This document shows positions 38,230 through 50,182 of a stretch of 64,000 nucleotides of DNA, piece by piece (the first letter of the stretch is position 1; the number at the start of each line of letters is the position of its first letter). The stretch lies in assembly GCF_006345805.1 (NCBI RefSeq), contig NC_043009.1, positions 15,066,001 to 15,130,000 of the forward strand, in the 5' to 3' direction. The translations under genes were made by a program, and so were the position numbers. This stretch comes from Octopus sinensis (Eukaryota). Below the pieces are notes generated by a model, which saw only the letters and a list, made by a program, of their open reading frames with translations, made no database searches and was not told where the DNA came from.

Positions 38230-38705
38230 TTATTTAAGATTTGTATTTGCATATCCAAGGGCCCCAATAATTGCAAGTATAAATCCAAACTTATAATATG
38301 GATAGAGTAAATGCAGATTTCCCAATAGTTCAGCGTAGATATTCTCTTTTTCACTGATCTTCAGCTGTAGGTTAACATCTACCGGGTAGCTTCCACAACA
38401 GTACGCATCTTCGTTTGTCTATCCCAAATCATTAAAGCAGGTCTATTGTGCTTACATTCTATTGAGGTCTTCTCTGAAACATTCTAACAATACTCCTTTT
38501 TATCATGAGCGGTTATGGCTTCTACCATATTGTGGGTATATTTATTTATTTCTCTTTGAGTTTATCCTTCCGACGGATTTCATTATAGAGTGCCCTCGCT
38601 ACAAGATGTCTCATTGATAGAGAAACCATGATGACAATTTCGGACAACGGCAAATGATGTGGGTGATGTCTTCGGTGTTAACTCCAAGAAGTTACATTTG
38701 TCACC
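38230..38705 (-). mobile_element. RLE-type non-LTR retrotransposon 3' fragment (R4/NeSL/HERO-like)
   Basis: Zn knuckle (DKC...EDITHIICRCP), RH.VA, then NRP(A)LMIWD...VVE..YP.DVN...K..EK..Y..L...IIGALG, i.e. a PD-(D/E)xK restriction-like endonuclease. Broken frames. Confidence 0.75.
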
Positions 38706-38829
38706 TTTTACTGCTTTTCCTGCAGCTCTATCTCTTTTGTGCTTCAGATATTTGGTTGATATTTCTTGTTCCTGGATTGCAATCCGGCTATTGGTCCATG
38801 ATAGACTGCTCTGATGATGATACTATAAT

Positions 38830-39140
38830 CTCGGAATATGGATAGTGGGAACTGAAGTTTAGGTATCGTCCAGTGAATGTCGGCTTGCGGTATACGGTTG
38901 TCCTGAATCCATATTTGGTGCGTGATATTAATACGTCCAGGAATGCTAGGTGATTGTCTTTTTCCTTTTCGATTGTGAACTGCATGGATGGCTTTATCGA
39001 GTTCACATGATCTAACAGCACTTGGACATCTTCCTAGTGGGGCCAGAGTATAGAGGTGTCATCAACATATCGCAGCCATAGGGTTGGTTTTATTGGTGTT
39101 GCTCCTAAAGCCAAATTCTCAAAGTATTCCATGTATATAT
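38830..39140 (-). mobile_element. Penelope/Poseidon-type RT fragment
   Basis: IYMEYFE...WLRYVDDT...QFTIEKE...LAFLDVLI...TTVYRKPTFTGRYLNFSSH. Confidence 0.9.
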
Positions 39141-39180
39141 TGTCATTATTATTATTATTATTAATTGTATCGTTGTTGTT

Positions 39181-39581
39181 AAGGCGGCAAGCTGGCAGAA
39201 ATGTTAGCACACAGGGCAAAACGCTTACCGGTATTTCGTCTGCTGCTACGTTCTGAGTTCAAATTCCCCCGAGGTTGACTTTGCTTTTCATCCTTTCGGG
39301 GTCGACTAAATAAGTACCAGTTACGCACTGTGGTCGATATGATCGACTTAATCCGTTTGTCTGTCCTTGTTTGTCCTCTCTGTGTTTAGCCCCTTGTGGG
39401 CAATAAAAAATATGTATTTCGTCTATCTTTACTTTCTGAGCTCAAATTCCGCCGAGGTCGACTTTGCCTTTCATCCTTTCGGGATCGATAAATTAAGTCC
39501 CAGCTACGTACTGGGGCCGAACTAATCGACTGGTTCCCTCCCCCAAAATTACGAGCCTTGTGCCTAGAGTACAAAAGAATA
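39181..39581 (+). mobile_element. Dimeric tRNA-derived SINE (family B), near full length
   Basis: Head aaggcggcaagctggcagaa (A-box-like), B-box gagttcaaattcc, and two tandem cores ttctgag(t/c)tcaaattcc..cgagg..gactttgc.tttcatcctttcggg. Same monomer order as 16476-16788. Confidence 0.9.
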
Positions 39582-40088
39582 CTATTGTTGTTGTTGTCGT
39601 TGTTTTGTTGTTGTTATTGTTGTTGTTTCCATTTTGCTTCTCAAAGCACCGAAAAACCAAAATACATTTACAACATAAAGAACACTGGAATAATCAACAT
39701 ACATTAGTCACTATACCAAATGAAGCCAATTTTCGCGTGCACTTCTTGAAACACCATTTATTGCATCTAATTCAAACATTCTGGTGCAATCGTCAATGAG
39801 AAAAGGAGACGTTGATTTGTAAATCGCTTTTGTGAACAATTTCTCTCATTTCAGAATATGTATTCTGTGACTTGAATGACTGAAATTAGTATCTTATTTG
39901 GGTATTTAGCCATTGTATATTTATTACGGGTTTTACTTCGTTTTGGAATGGATACTAATTGATGGTTTATAACTATATATTCAATATTCTGTTATTAATA
40001 AACTGTTAAACAGTGTAGAGCAAAACATGATTGCACTGCGTTCATTTACATCATACATAACTAAGTATATATACATATATTCTGTTAA

Positions 40089-40376
40089 TACAATTCTATA
40101 ATTAAGAGATGAGGAATTATGTACATTATTTACGTTATTTATATTTCACGGATATTTGTCCTCATCTTGTTTGTTGTTAACACAATGTTTCGGCTGATAT
40201 ACCCTACAGCCTTAATCAGGAATCTTGGGGAAATTTCGAAATTAGGTACTCATTCCTAAGGTATTTTTCGATGTTATTTTTATTATTATAATTATTATTA
40301 TTATTATTTAGGTCACTGCCTGGAATCGAACTCGGAATCTTGGGGTTAGTAGCCCACGCTCTTAAGCACTATGCCA
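40089..40376 (-). mobile_element. tRNA-headed SINE carrying a hammerhead motif (family D), second copy
   Basis: Collinear with 25357-25706. HHR motif at 40223-40180 reads CUGAUUA A GGCUG...CAGCC GAAAC AUU GUGU. Confidence 0.85.
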
Positions 40377-40512
40377 GCTTCCTTACGAACCACATGGTTC
40401 CTGGTTCAGTACCACTGCGTGGTAACTTTGGCAAGTGTCTTCTACTATAGCCTCGGGCCGACCAAAGCCTTGGAAGTGGATTTGGTAGACGGAAACTGGA
40501 GAAGCCCGTCGT
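40377..40512 (+). mobile_element. SINE family A fragment
   Basis: Matches 3468-3620. Confidence 0.8.
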
Positions 40513-40619
40513 AGATAGATATATATATAAATACACATACATATATTACGGAGATGTACTTGCAGAGCAAGTGACCTGATCTGAGATTGTGTGTGCGTGT
40601 ATATATATGTGAGTGTGTG

Positions 40620-40828
40620 TTTGTGTGTCTGAACTTTTCCCCAACATCGATTGGCAACCGATGTTGGTGTGTTTATGTCCCCGTAACGTAGTGGTTGGGC
40701 ATAAGAGACAGATAGAATTAGTACTAGGCTTACAAAGAATAAGACCTGGGGGCGATTTGCTCGACTAAAGACAGTGCACCAGCATAGCCACAGTCAAATG
40801 ACTGAAACAAGTAAAAGAGTGAAAGAGA
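40620..40828 (-). mobile_element. SINE family C
   Basis: Reverse complement of 45133-45276 (tactcttttacttgtttcagtcatttgactg.ggc.atgctgg.gcac). Confidence 0.85.
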
Positions 40829-41133
40829 GTGAATATATTCTGTTGTTACTATGGCCAATACAAATAATTTCTAAATGTTTTAGATCCACTTAACTTAGAA
40901 CTGATATATGTAGTAAAAAGTGTAAATAAGCTATAAAACTTTGCCTATTACATACTCTTGTCATACGATTATAACAAACAATTGTTTCTTAATTTACTAC
41001 GTGCTGTAGAGATAAGCATTTTTGAAATATCATAGAACAAATTTCAATAACTGGATCTCTGAAAAATGTTTATGTTGCTGGTAACATCGAATGTATTCCA
41101 TATGTATACATGTGCTGTGTGCGTGCACGTTTG

Positions 41134-41183
<50 letters not shown>

Positions 41184-41193
41184 TATGCATATA

Positions 41194-42011
41194 CGACGTC
41201 TGATCAATAAGTAGCGAAGCTGTTGACATAGTAACGAAGCTGAAGCGCTCAGAGTAAAGCAGCTTGGCAAAGATTGACCTTCAACGCATGAACATTAAGT
41301 TTCAATATTTTAGGTCTCTGCCACTGTTTAAAGCAATGCTTGGAAGGAAGGAGTGTAGCGTGTAATTGTCGCATTGACCATGACAGAAAAAGTTGTCAGG
41401 GCGATACCTGCTCAAAGTTGCAGAAAGTTTATGGAGAAGAGTTTATGAGCCACACACAAGTGTACGAATTCTGATGTTTCCAAGATGGCCGAAAAAATGT
41501 TGATATAAACATAACTGAGAAACAGATGACAGATGGGCGTAGAGCTGTGAGAGGAAATCGTCGTTATCAAAGGATGTGCAGGTAAGTTACGGTTCAGTTC
41601 AATACATTGTCACTGAAGATTTTGGTATGAGATGCTTGTTTGCCAAGTTTGTGACAAAACTGCTTTCAGGTGACCACAATGACACTCGGGTTTCAGTTGC
41701 ACAAAATCTCTTTGACTGTGGCGAGAACGATACAAACTTTTTGAAAACTGCGTAGGACTCTGAGCAAAGCTTTTGTCGTAATTTGATGCAGATTCTCTGC
41801 TCAACCTCCTCTGTACTGCTTAATGCGACGATCAAACGCTACACACGTTCCTTCCAAGCACTGCTGTAAACAACGGAAATTAGCTAGGATGTTAAAACTT
41901 TGTGCGCATGCACAGCAGTGTTGCACGTCAATCTGTACCAAGTGGTTTCACTCTGCGTGCCTTAGCTCAGTTACTATGGCAACGATTCAGATACTTATTG
42001 ATCAGACCACG
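41194..42011. mobile_element. Mariner derivative built from two inverted 5' ends
   Basis: TIRs cgacgtctgatcaataagta / cgtggtctgatcaataagta with TA flanks. The plus strand carries transposase N-terminal remnants (KVYGEEFMSHTQVY; GMRCLFAKFVTKLL). 41750-42011 is an inverted copy of the 5' UTR plus ORF start (EEVEQRICIK). Confidence 0.82.
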
Positions 42012-43681
42012 TATACGATATATAATGTAGAAAGTCCCTTTATCTTAGTATGTTCACAGCCTTCAATTTCTTTTAGATTGCTAACAAATATGTCAGTTTC
42101 GCTACATACACCACAACTACAATTCAAGAATGGAATTGAAATATCTGATTTCTAAGAAAAGAAGTAGGAAAACAAAAATATTTCCATTACATTCTGTGAT
42201 GAGGACTAGTTGTGTTTGTGAAGACGCTAGGAAACGGAACATATGCAGCTGAACTTTTCCTGAAAGAAAGTTTGAATACAAAATGAAATCAAGAATATGA
42301 ATCAAAATTAGAACATGAGTTCATTACACCGAAAACTCTTTACTGACCGCAAATTAAATTATCCAATTCCCTTTGATGTAATTTTGATGTCGATTTTCTT
42401 CTTCATCAACTGAACAAATTTTGCTGTCAAATTTATTTCTTAATTTACAATCAAATTTTGTTCAGTGCCTTATGAATTTATGAACGTATATTCGATTCTG
42501 GAACGCTAGACAGATAATTATATTATTTTATATGCGTATAACAGCCTTAAATTGAAATGGATACAAAATTCTGCATGCATATGTAAGTAAATTTAACGAA
42601 ATTTTGCGGGAAAAATTTAGTGGGCGTCGTTTATAGTGTATTAATTGTTAAATGCCCTTTATAGATCAGCCTGTTCATTGTAGAAACAGGAAATATTATT
42701 CAGAAATCAATCCTTACAACAAAATCGTATTGAAAAAATAATGAGTCAGATGAAATGGTAGGCAGAGTAGCCTTCTCACTGGCTCACGTTAATTATGCGT
42801 TGAAGTTATCGTTATAACACATGCCGAAAAACATTACAGTTTATGTTGCAAATCTTCGTTATTTCTTAACCCTTTCTTTGCATTAGGTAAAGTTTGTTAC
42901 ATAATTGAAATGGTTATTGAGGCATGATAATAATATATGTCGCATTATTAAAACCAGGCTTCTGTATTCTTCATACAATATGCCATTTTAAAACATAATA
43001 TGAAACCCTGAAGTGTATTTTGCGTTTACCGAATATTCTAAACATATTCATTTATTTGTCACATCCATTTGAGATTTTATTGATGTTATAATATTCTTAT
43101 TTTCGGATAAGTTAGAGCAAATTAGAAGTCCAATGGGGAGGTGCCATTAATATTCTGAACACTTTTTGAAAATTGTACAGAAATATGGTTTTTGTATTTG
43201 CCAATCGTTTCTATTTATAGGGTGATTCGTTTGCAAAAACTGAAATTTGGTTGAAAATCTAGAAACGGTCAATATTTAAGCAAATATCTCTATGGCACCA
43301 ACGATCTAATGATGCTATTAGCACTCTGTTATTTAATGTTGTTGCAGTTTCCTGGTCGTAATCATATGATTGTTGGACTTAACGAAAAGTAAATAATATA
43401 AACTCAGAAGGACAAAATCAACCTGAGAGAAAGAATTAAAGAACGATGCAAAAATATTAGAACCAATGAACAATACACTATGCAGATTTTCAATCACAAT
43501 CGCCAGTCCACTACAAATCCAGTCAATAACAATAATAATAACAACAACGACCAAACTAAAAATAATACAAGATCCAAATAATATTGATATAATCTCTTTA
43601 ATTTATGGGGCTGAAATGTTTCTTACTTTCCATTAGCAAATAATTCTCGCCATTATATCATTTATATATATATATATACAT

Positions 43682-43756
<75 letters not shown>

Positions 43757-43809
43757 TAATTTACGATATATAATTCTTATATCTATTTATTTAGATCATT
43801 TATATATAT

Positions 43810-43851
<42 letters not shown>

Positions 43852-44505
43852 ATAAAGAGATCTAGCGTATTACATTAATTTAATTTGAGAATTAATTTTG
43901 TTAGACAATATAATATTTAATTATTAGGTGGTATATTTATTATGTAGTATTAAATGTTAAGATAATTAGGTATTATATTAATTGTTATTTAGTCAACTAT
44001 ATTATAGATTGAAATATCAAATCTATAGATACTACACATGTATATTAATTATATAGTTTGCTTATTTAATAAGTTTGTCTATATTTGAACCATTTCTTAT
44101 TTTGATTACAATATTATGACTTGTACTAGCACTGTGTATATTAAATTATTTTATAGTATTTAATAATTTAAGTATTGTTTTAATGTATATTTAGTATTTT
44201 GTATGTGTATATATATATATCAAAGTATATTTATTATCTTATTAGTTTAGCTTATTTTTAACATGATGAGTGGCTATATTTATATCGAAGGGATTTTACT
44301 ATTACTATTAATTTTTTTACTATAATCATCTTTTAAATATAGCCATGAAACAGGTGTCGTTATTCTACCAATCATATACTTTTTTTTTTCAATTTACTTA
44401 ATCATTGGTATTTCAATGTTATTTCAATTTTAATACTTCTATTATATGTAATTTTCTGGATGGTGTAATTTAATTGTTCATTTTGAATTGATAAAAGATG
44501 TTATT

Positions 44506-44574
<69 letters not shown>

Positions 44575-45045
44575 TATGTGGGCACAGGACGTCAGGAAAC
44601 ATGTACAACAGGAAAATACTAAGCACAAGTACATTGAGCATGATCTATTCTTTCGAACGAAAGACAGTAATGGAAAACAAAGAAAACAACTTAAAGAAAG
44701 GCATTTCGTCAGTTGCTGACTATTTTTCTAGTCTCGTATTTCGAGCATTTAACAACAATATAATCTTTCGATAAAATAGTTGCTCCAACAGGGAGTGGTG
44801 GCGAACCATGCTGTACTCTTTCACCACAACTTTCTCTCACTCTATTATTTTCTTTCTGTTGTACTTGTATTTCTATGGGTTAACCTTGTCATACTCAATG
44901 TCATGCTGAATCTTCCCGAGAACTACGCTAAGGGTACATGTGTTTGTCGAGTGCTCAGTCTCTTGCACGTTAATTCTACCAGTAGTCTGTTCCGTTCATT
45001 GGATCAAGTGGAACCCTCGTCGCAACCAACGGAGTACCGTAGTAG

Positions 45046-45113
<68 letters not shown>

Positions 45114-45132
45114 TTGAGATAGAAAAAATATA

Positions 45133-45276
45133 TACTCTTTTACTCTTTTACTTGTTTCAGTCATTTGACTGCGGCCATGCTGGAGCACTGCCTTTAGTCG
45201 AGCAAATCGACCCCAGGACTTATTCTTTGTAAGCCCAGTACTTATTCTATCAGTCTCTTTTGCCGAACCGCTAAGT
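45133..45276 (+). mobile_element. SINE family C
   Basis: Matches the reverse complement of 40680-40828. Confidence 0.85.
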
Positions 45277-47107
45277 GAGATGGATAGATTGAGATAGATA
45301 GATAGATAGATATATTCCTTTATATTAGGTATACAAAATCATGCTAAACCGCCACACACCTACATAATTTCAATTGCACAATATACATTCCAGGTTTCTG
45401 CTCTCTGACCTGATAGCTTAATAGGGTGATATTGCTTCAGATTTCGCGTTCGAAATCTTGTGTTTCCTCTTGTCTGTTACTGTGTAATGTATTAAAAAAT
45501 ATTTGGAGTTCTGTTTTTCCGTGCCTGGGGTGTGATATCCTCTGGCAGGTCTGATTTTCCCTCACCTGTCATTCTCTCAGGTTTTGAAGGAAGAAAGTGT
45601 GCAAGTGTCACATGTGTTGCCGGTGATGATATTTCTTTTATATAACAAAGTTATTGCTCTTGCAGTGTTTGGGATAAGAGTTTGATTGTGAAGGATGTGT
45701 TAGCTATCACAATCAAGGCCATTGTAGAATAGTGCGTATACAAGTTACATAGATGTGTTTGAAATTGGAACTAATTTGTCTTTGTACCTTTCCTTGCCTT
45801 TATTCTGCATACTGTATTTAATCATAGATACATCCCTCAGTGACTGAGTGTCAGTAGGGCATTGTACAATAGTGAGATTTTCTACTCTGGTTCGATAGCT
45901 ACAGTAAGAAATAAGAAACAACAATGAAATTATGATTTCATTTCTATAATATAAATGTAAATAATATTAGTTATGAAATGATGTATGTTTATGATTTCCG
46001 ATATTACTAGAAGAGCTTTTCTTTCATTTCTACCCTCTTAATACAATAGTTGCAAGTAAATCAATTGACTATGCTCGTAAATATATTCAGTTGCATTCCT
46101 GTTCTTGTGTAAGAAATCACTAAATATCTGTCTTTTGGAATGGCAGGGGCCATACAATGCCAGACAGGTATAAATTATACTATTCATATGTTCTGAGTTA
46201 AAAGGGCACTTAATCTTGTATTCAACCAACGAGGTTGCAACATGCATAGCATTCATATATTTCACTTGCTTATACGTATTTACAATTTTTTATTGATTTA
46301 CAAATAAATAATCGATATTCTCGATATTCTAGTCCTTCTATGAATATACTCCAATGTTCTTGCCACTTTAATTACTAAGTTTTATGAAAACTTGCTTCTT
46401 ATATCATACACAGTATAAACTCCTCTTAGAAAACATGAAATATTCAAAAGTTACATAATTTTAGCCGTGATAAGTGAAAAACTTTTTATGTAAGCATATT
46501 TTGCTACCCACTGTGTGTATAATGAAACTTCAAAATGTGGCGTTTTAGTGGTTTCCAAGAATTGTCACGAGAGATGAACATGTGCATGCAAACATACACA
46601 CACACATAAACATCTATTTTCATTTTAAACTTCATTATGCGCCATCCTCTCTCGTATTATTGTAATTAATAAGGTGAATGTGGTAAGGTGAGATGCATTT
46701 TATATTTCGTATAAGAGAAATGAGATCGCTACTGCTACTAAGCATTTGAAATGCGAAGTGGCTTTCCGAGACATTATGGTCGTATATTGCAAGTTTTTAG
46801 TATTATCTCTGCTTTTTTTACACTTGTAATTTAGAAAATAGAAATATAGAAATATCTCTCGTTTTTCTCTCAAATTCCCTTATATAATGACAACTATAAA
46901 CGCATCCTTGAAATTTTTGTGTTGGTCCCCGAATCACAAGTTTTTTCTAAAACGTTTGAGAAATATACAATGTAATTCATTCAGATTATACATGCATATA
47001 TCTATTTTCCATCGTTTACAATTTGTGTCCCTGACATTGCAGCGCGTAAACTGTTACTCCTCACATCCTCAATAGTTATGCGTGCTGTAAACGTGTAATA
47101 ATGTTCT

Positions 47108-47480
47108 CGAGGGGGCAACCAAAAGAAACCAGAATTCTTCAATATTATTTTGTTCCCTTAGGTTTATATGTTTATTGCCCTCAAAATATTCTCCATTTGA
47201 ATCAATGCATCGGTTCAGACACGTCTTCCACTGTTCTAAGTAGTGTTGAAACTTTTGGAAAGTTATGTCTTTTAACTCTTCACAACTGCAAATTCCGTAG
47301 GCACCAGCTTTCCTCACCAGTGAAAACCTTCGGAAAATGTTCCGAATAAACTTCCAACTGTTCTTTCAGTTCACAACACGCATTTTGATCTTCCGTGAGC
47401 AAGTGAGGCACACATTTCGGCCTTTACCGTAGCCACTTCAGTGAGATGGGCCCCACTCGGCTGATTCTGGATAACGATCA
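47108..47480 (-). mobile_element. Internally deleted mariner fragment
   Basis: ...PKCVPHLLTEDQ...FTGEE is joined to the C-terminal FQ..LEQWK..L.RCIDSNGEYFEG, followed by a TIR-like end (cgagggggcaaccaaaag on the plus strand). Confidence 0.75.
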
Positions 47481-47779
47481 TTCTCTGCATATATGTCTGC
47501 ACCATAGAAATCTATGGACGATTAAGCGAATCGCCAACATTTATATAAATAATTTATTGAAGGAACAGTATGCAAATGTTATTCCGGCAAGGAGAATTAT
47601 AACCGTCATTAAATATGACTGAGAGCTACAAACACTTATATTGCTAGAATTAAGAGCTAAGCACCCTGATGCTGCAGTCAAAGCACATAACTGTATACAT
47701 ACATGCTGACAGGGACCATAAAATATATACATATATATATATACATATGTATGTAACTGTGTGTGTGTGTGTGTGTGTG

Positions 47780-47836
<57 letters not shown>

Positions 47837-47989
47837 CGTATAATCGTTCGAAATTCCCAACTGCAAATTTGACGGGTATTCTTTTACTTTCGTTGTCGGT
47901 ATTTTCTCAAAAAAAGAAATTAGACCATTTTTGCTATATCTGTTGTTTTCAGAATTGAGCAGAGATTTTCAGAAACACACAATCAACCC

Positions 47990-48360
47990 AAAATTGTGGA
48001 AGAGGGTTGGAGACCTCCTTTGAATCTGCGATGGAAGGACAAAGAGATTTCAGTATTCCTCAACTTAAGCATGTGAATGATAAAAGTAGTCAGAAAGGTA
48101 CTGGAAGATTCAAGTTTCGACTACGAGTTGACAGCAGAAAATAAAACCCATAATGCCGGAAATTGTCGTGTAAATCTAAGAGATAATGAGAAATGATTTT
48201 AGTAAGTCGATGCGTGTCATTGCCTGGGGAAAATGTGCGAATGGAAAGCTCATCAGGTTGTGGTAGCTGAAGACATTCCCTACCCTCCATACAAGATGAA
48301 GAAGTACAATTTTTGCCCAAGGTGATGGAGGAAAAGAGACTGTCATCACGGGGATGAATA
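47990..48360 (+). mobile_element. Tc1/mariner (maT/DD37D-like) transposase N-terminal remnant
   Basis: EISVFLN...VRKVLEDS...SKSMRVIA...VVAEDI.Y..YKMKK.QF across broken frames. Confidence 0.55.
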
Positions 48361-49588
48361 CCATCTGCACCCTTTATAGATGTATTTAATAACGCTTTGC
48401 CAGTTTAGCAATTGTTAAGATCTTTTGTACGTAGTATACGTTTAGTTCATTACATGTATTGTTTCTCATGTTCTGAAGATCTGATCTATATATGTCCAAG
48501 GAGCATAATATACAATGTTGATGAAGCCATTTCATATTCACTATAGTTAACTATAACAAAAAGACTGCCTGATGCCGCTATCTGCTGTTCTATACTCAGA
48601 TTTTTTATTATGGAGAAACTTAAATCTGCCTGAAATATATTCTAAGCAATATTCGTTAAATCTGCCTGAAACATATTCGAAGCCACAGAAGGGTATTCAC
48701 TGCATCATCTCATGCAGAAAACTTCTCAATACAGAGAAAAAGATGGAGAGACCACACACATACACGCACAGTTTGGAAATCCACATTTTTTAACCGTTGG
48801 TTTCGTGGGTGTTCTGTAAAACTTATCATTTGTTAGAAAACGGTTCAGCGACACGTGTTGCTTTTTGCATTGGACGAATTTATATTTTCAGAATGTCGTT
48901 CAGTTATAGATCTCTAGTTAGCATAGGTAGTTTTGTACAATAGTGTTGTATGCCTCAATGTTTCAATGGTTCTGTGTTTATATATACGGTAGTGTTTTGA
49001 GATGCGGTGTAGTGTTGCATTTTAATGCCTAATTTCTTAGCTCCCTTAATTCCATCGTCTATAAGTGAAGGTGAATATTATCTTTCAGTCAGTGTTCTTC
49101 GGAGGTATTGAAGACTACGGTCTCGCGGTATGCTACGAGGGAGTACAATATGCCTGGAGGAACTCAGTATATGTAGTACGATATCTACTTAACCAAACCG
49201 CTGAGGTGGCACAGACTGAACAGATTGGCCCAACACATCTATATATTCCAAATATCCTACCCGTTTGGAACAGCTACATGACGGGTAGTAAGGATCGTCG
49301 CGCAGAATAAAGAGTCATACCAAATCAATTTGCCGTTTCCTGTTTCCCTCATCAATTATATATATAGATATATATATATATATACGTAGGTGAATGAATT
49401 ATTCTATGATTATCGTCAGCATGGAAAATTCGTTTGACCGAAACCTGGGTAGCAAATTCACGTCAGAAAACACGGTTGAAGCGACCTGTCAAGGGTAGAA
49501 ACTCCGGGTTCATGTGTAGAAATTTGTGTGTTGTATATGAATAAATGAAAGAATGGAGTCGAACGAAGATGTTAACAAAATCCCTTTA

Positions 49589-49670
49589 CTCTCGACACAT
49601 GTTTCGAAGACAGCATTTTCTCACTCCAAAGAAATAAAGGGTGCATTATGCAATCTTCTCATCAGGAAAG
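49589..49670 (-). ncRNA. Type-I hammerhead ribozyme (left pLTR copy)
   Basis: CUUUC CUGAUGA GAAGA-[43 nt]-UCUUC GAA ACA-UG-UGU C GAGAG. Core intact; stem I has one G-U pair. Confidence 0.85.
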
Positions 49671-50182
49671 AAAGGGAGTCTCTCTCGACAACAAGACAAA
49701 CAAAAATTTCGATGATTGCCTACATGGTAAATAAAGCGATAATGAGTGTTTCTTTAAAAAAACCGTTAGAAGAATTGATTCTAAAAATAGATAGTAGGAA
49801 GAGAAAAGATAAAGTAAAATAGGTAGGGAACAGTATGTTTGCTGTACGTATGGAAATGTGTGGGTGTGTGCTTTTGTTAATGAGTGCGTGCGTTTGTGTG
49901 CGTAAATGTGTGTGTGTATAACTGCATTTGTGTCTGTGTGTGTGATTGTGTGTGTGAGAGAGAGACAGATGTCAAAGATAGATAGTAGGAAGGGAAGGTA
50001 TAAAGAAATAATAGTTAGGGAACAAGAGAAGAGGCAAAGGTACGTTGATTGAAAGAATGCTCGAAGGGTTAGGAGAGAATATTTCTATAGCAGAGTGGTG
50101 GACGTAAAACTAATTGTTCAAACCACAGTGACTATCACTATCATTTATATGAGTAGAAAGTGTGTTTCTGTCAGTGTTTACA

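Noticed and set aside
44727-44793. Degenerate HHR (GAGCA...UGCUC GAAA) on the minus strand
   Set aside because: The core (cuguug) and cleavage site are decayed. Counted only as a relic.
49466-49520. Degenerate HHR-like motif (UUGAAGC GACC...GGUA GAAAC UCCGGGU) upstream of the left pLTR
   Set aside because: It has several simultaneous core and stem mismatches. At most a relic of another family.
49553-49822. Near-identical ORF pair MESNEDVNKIPLL... (49553-49822 + and 52864-53106 -)
   Set aside because: These are antisense readings of the two pLTR arms across the hammerhead. The frames diverge after an indel, and there is no evidence of a protein.
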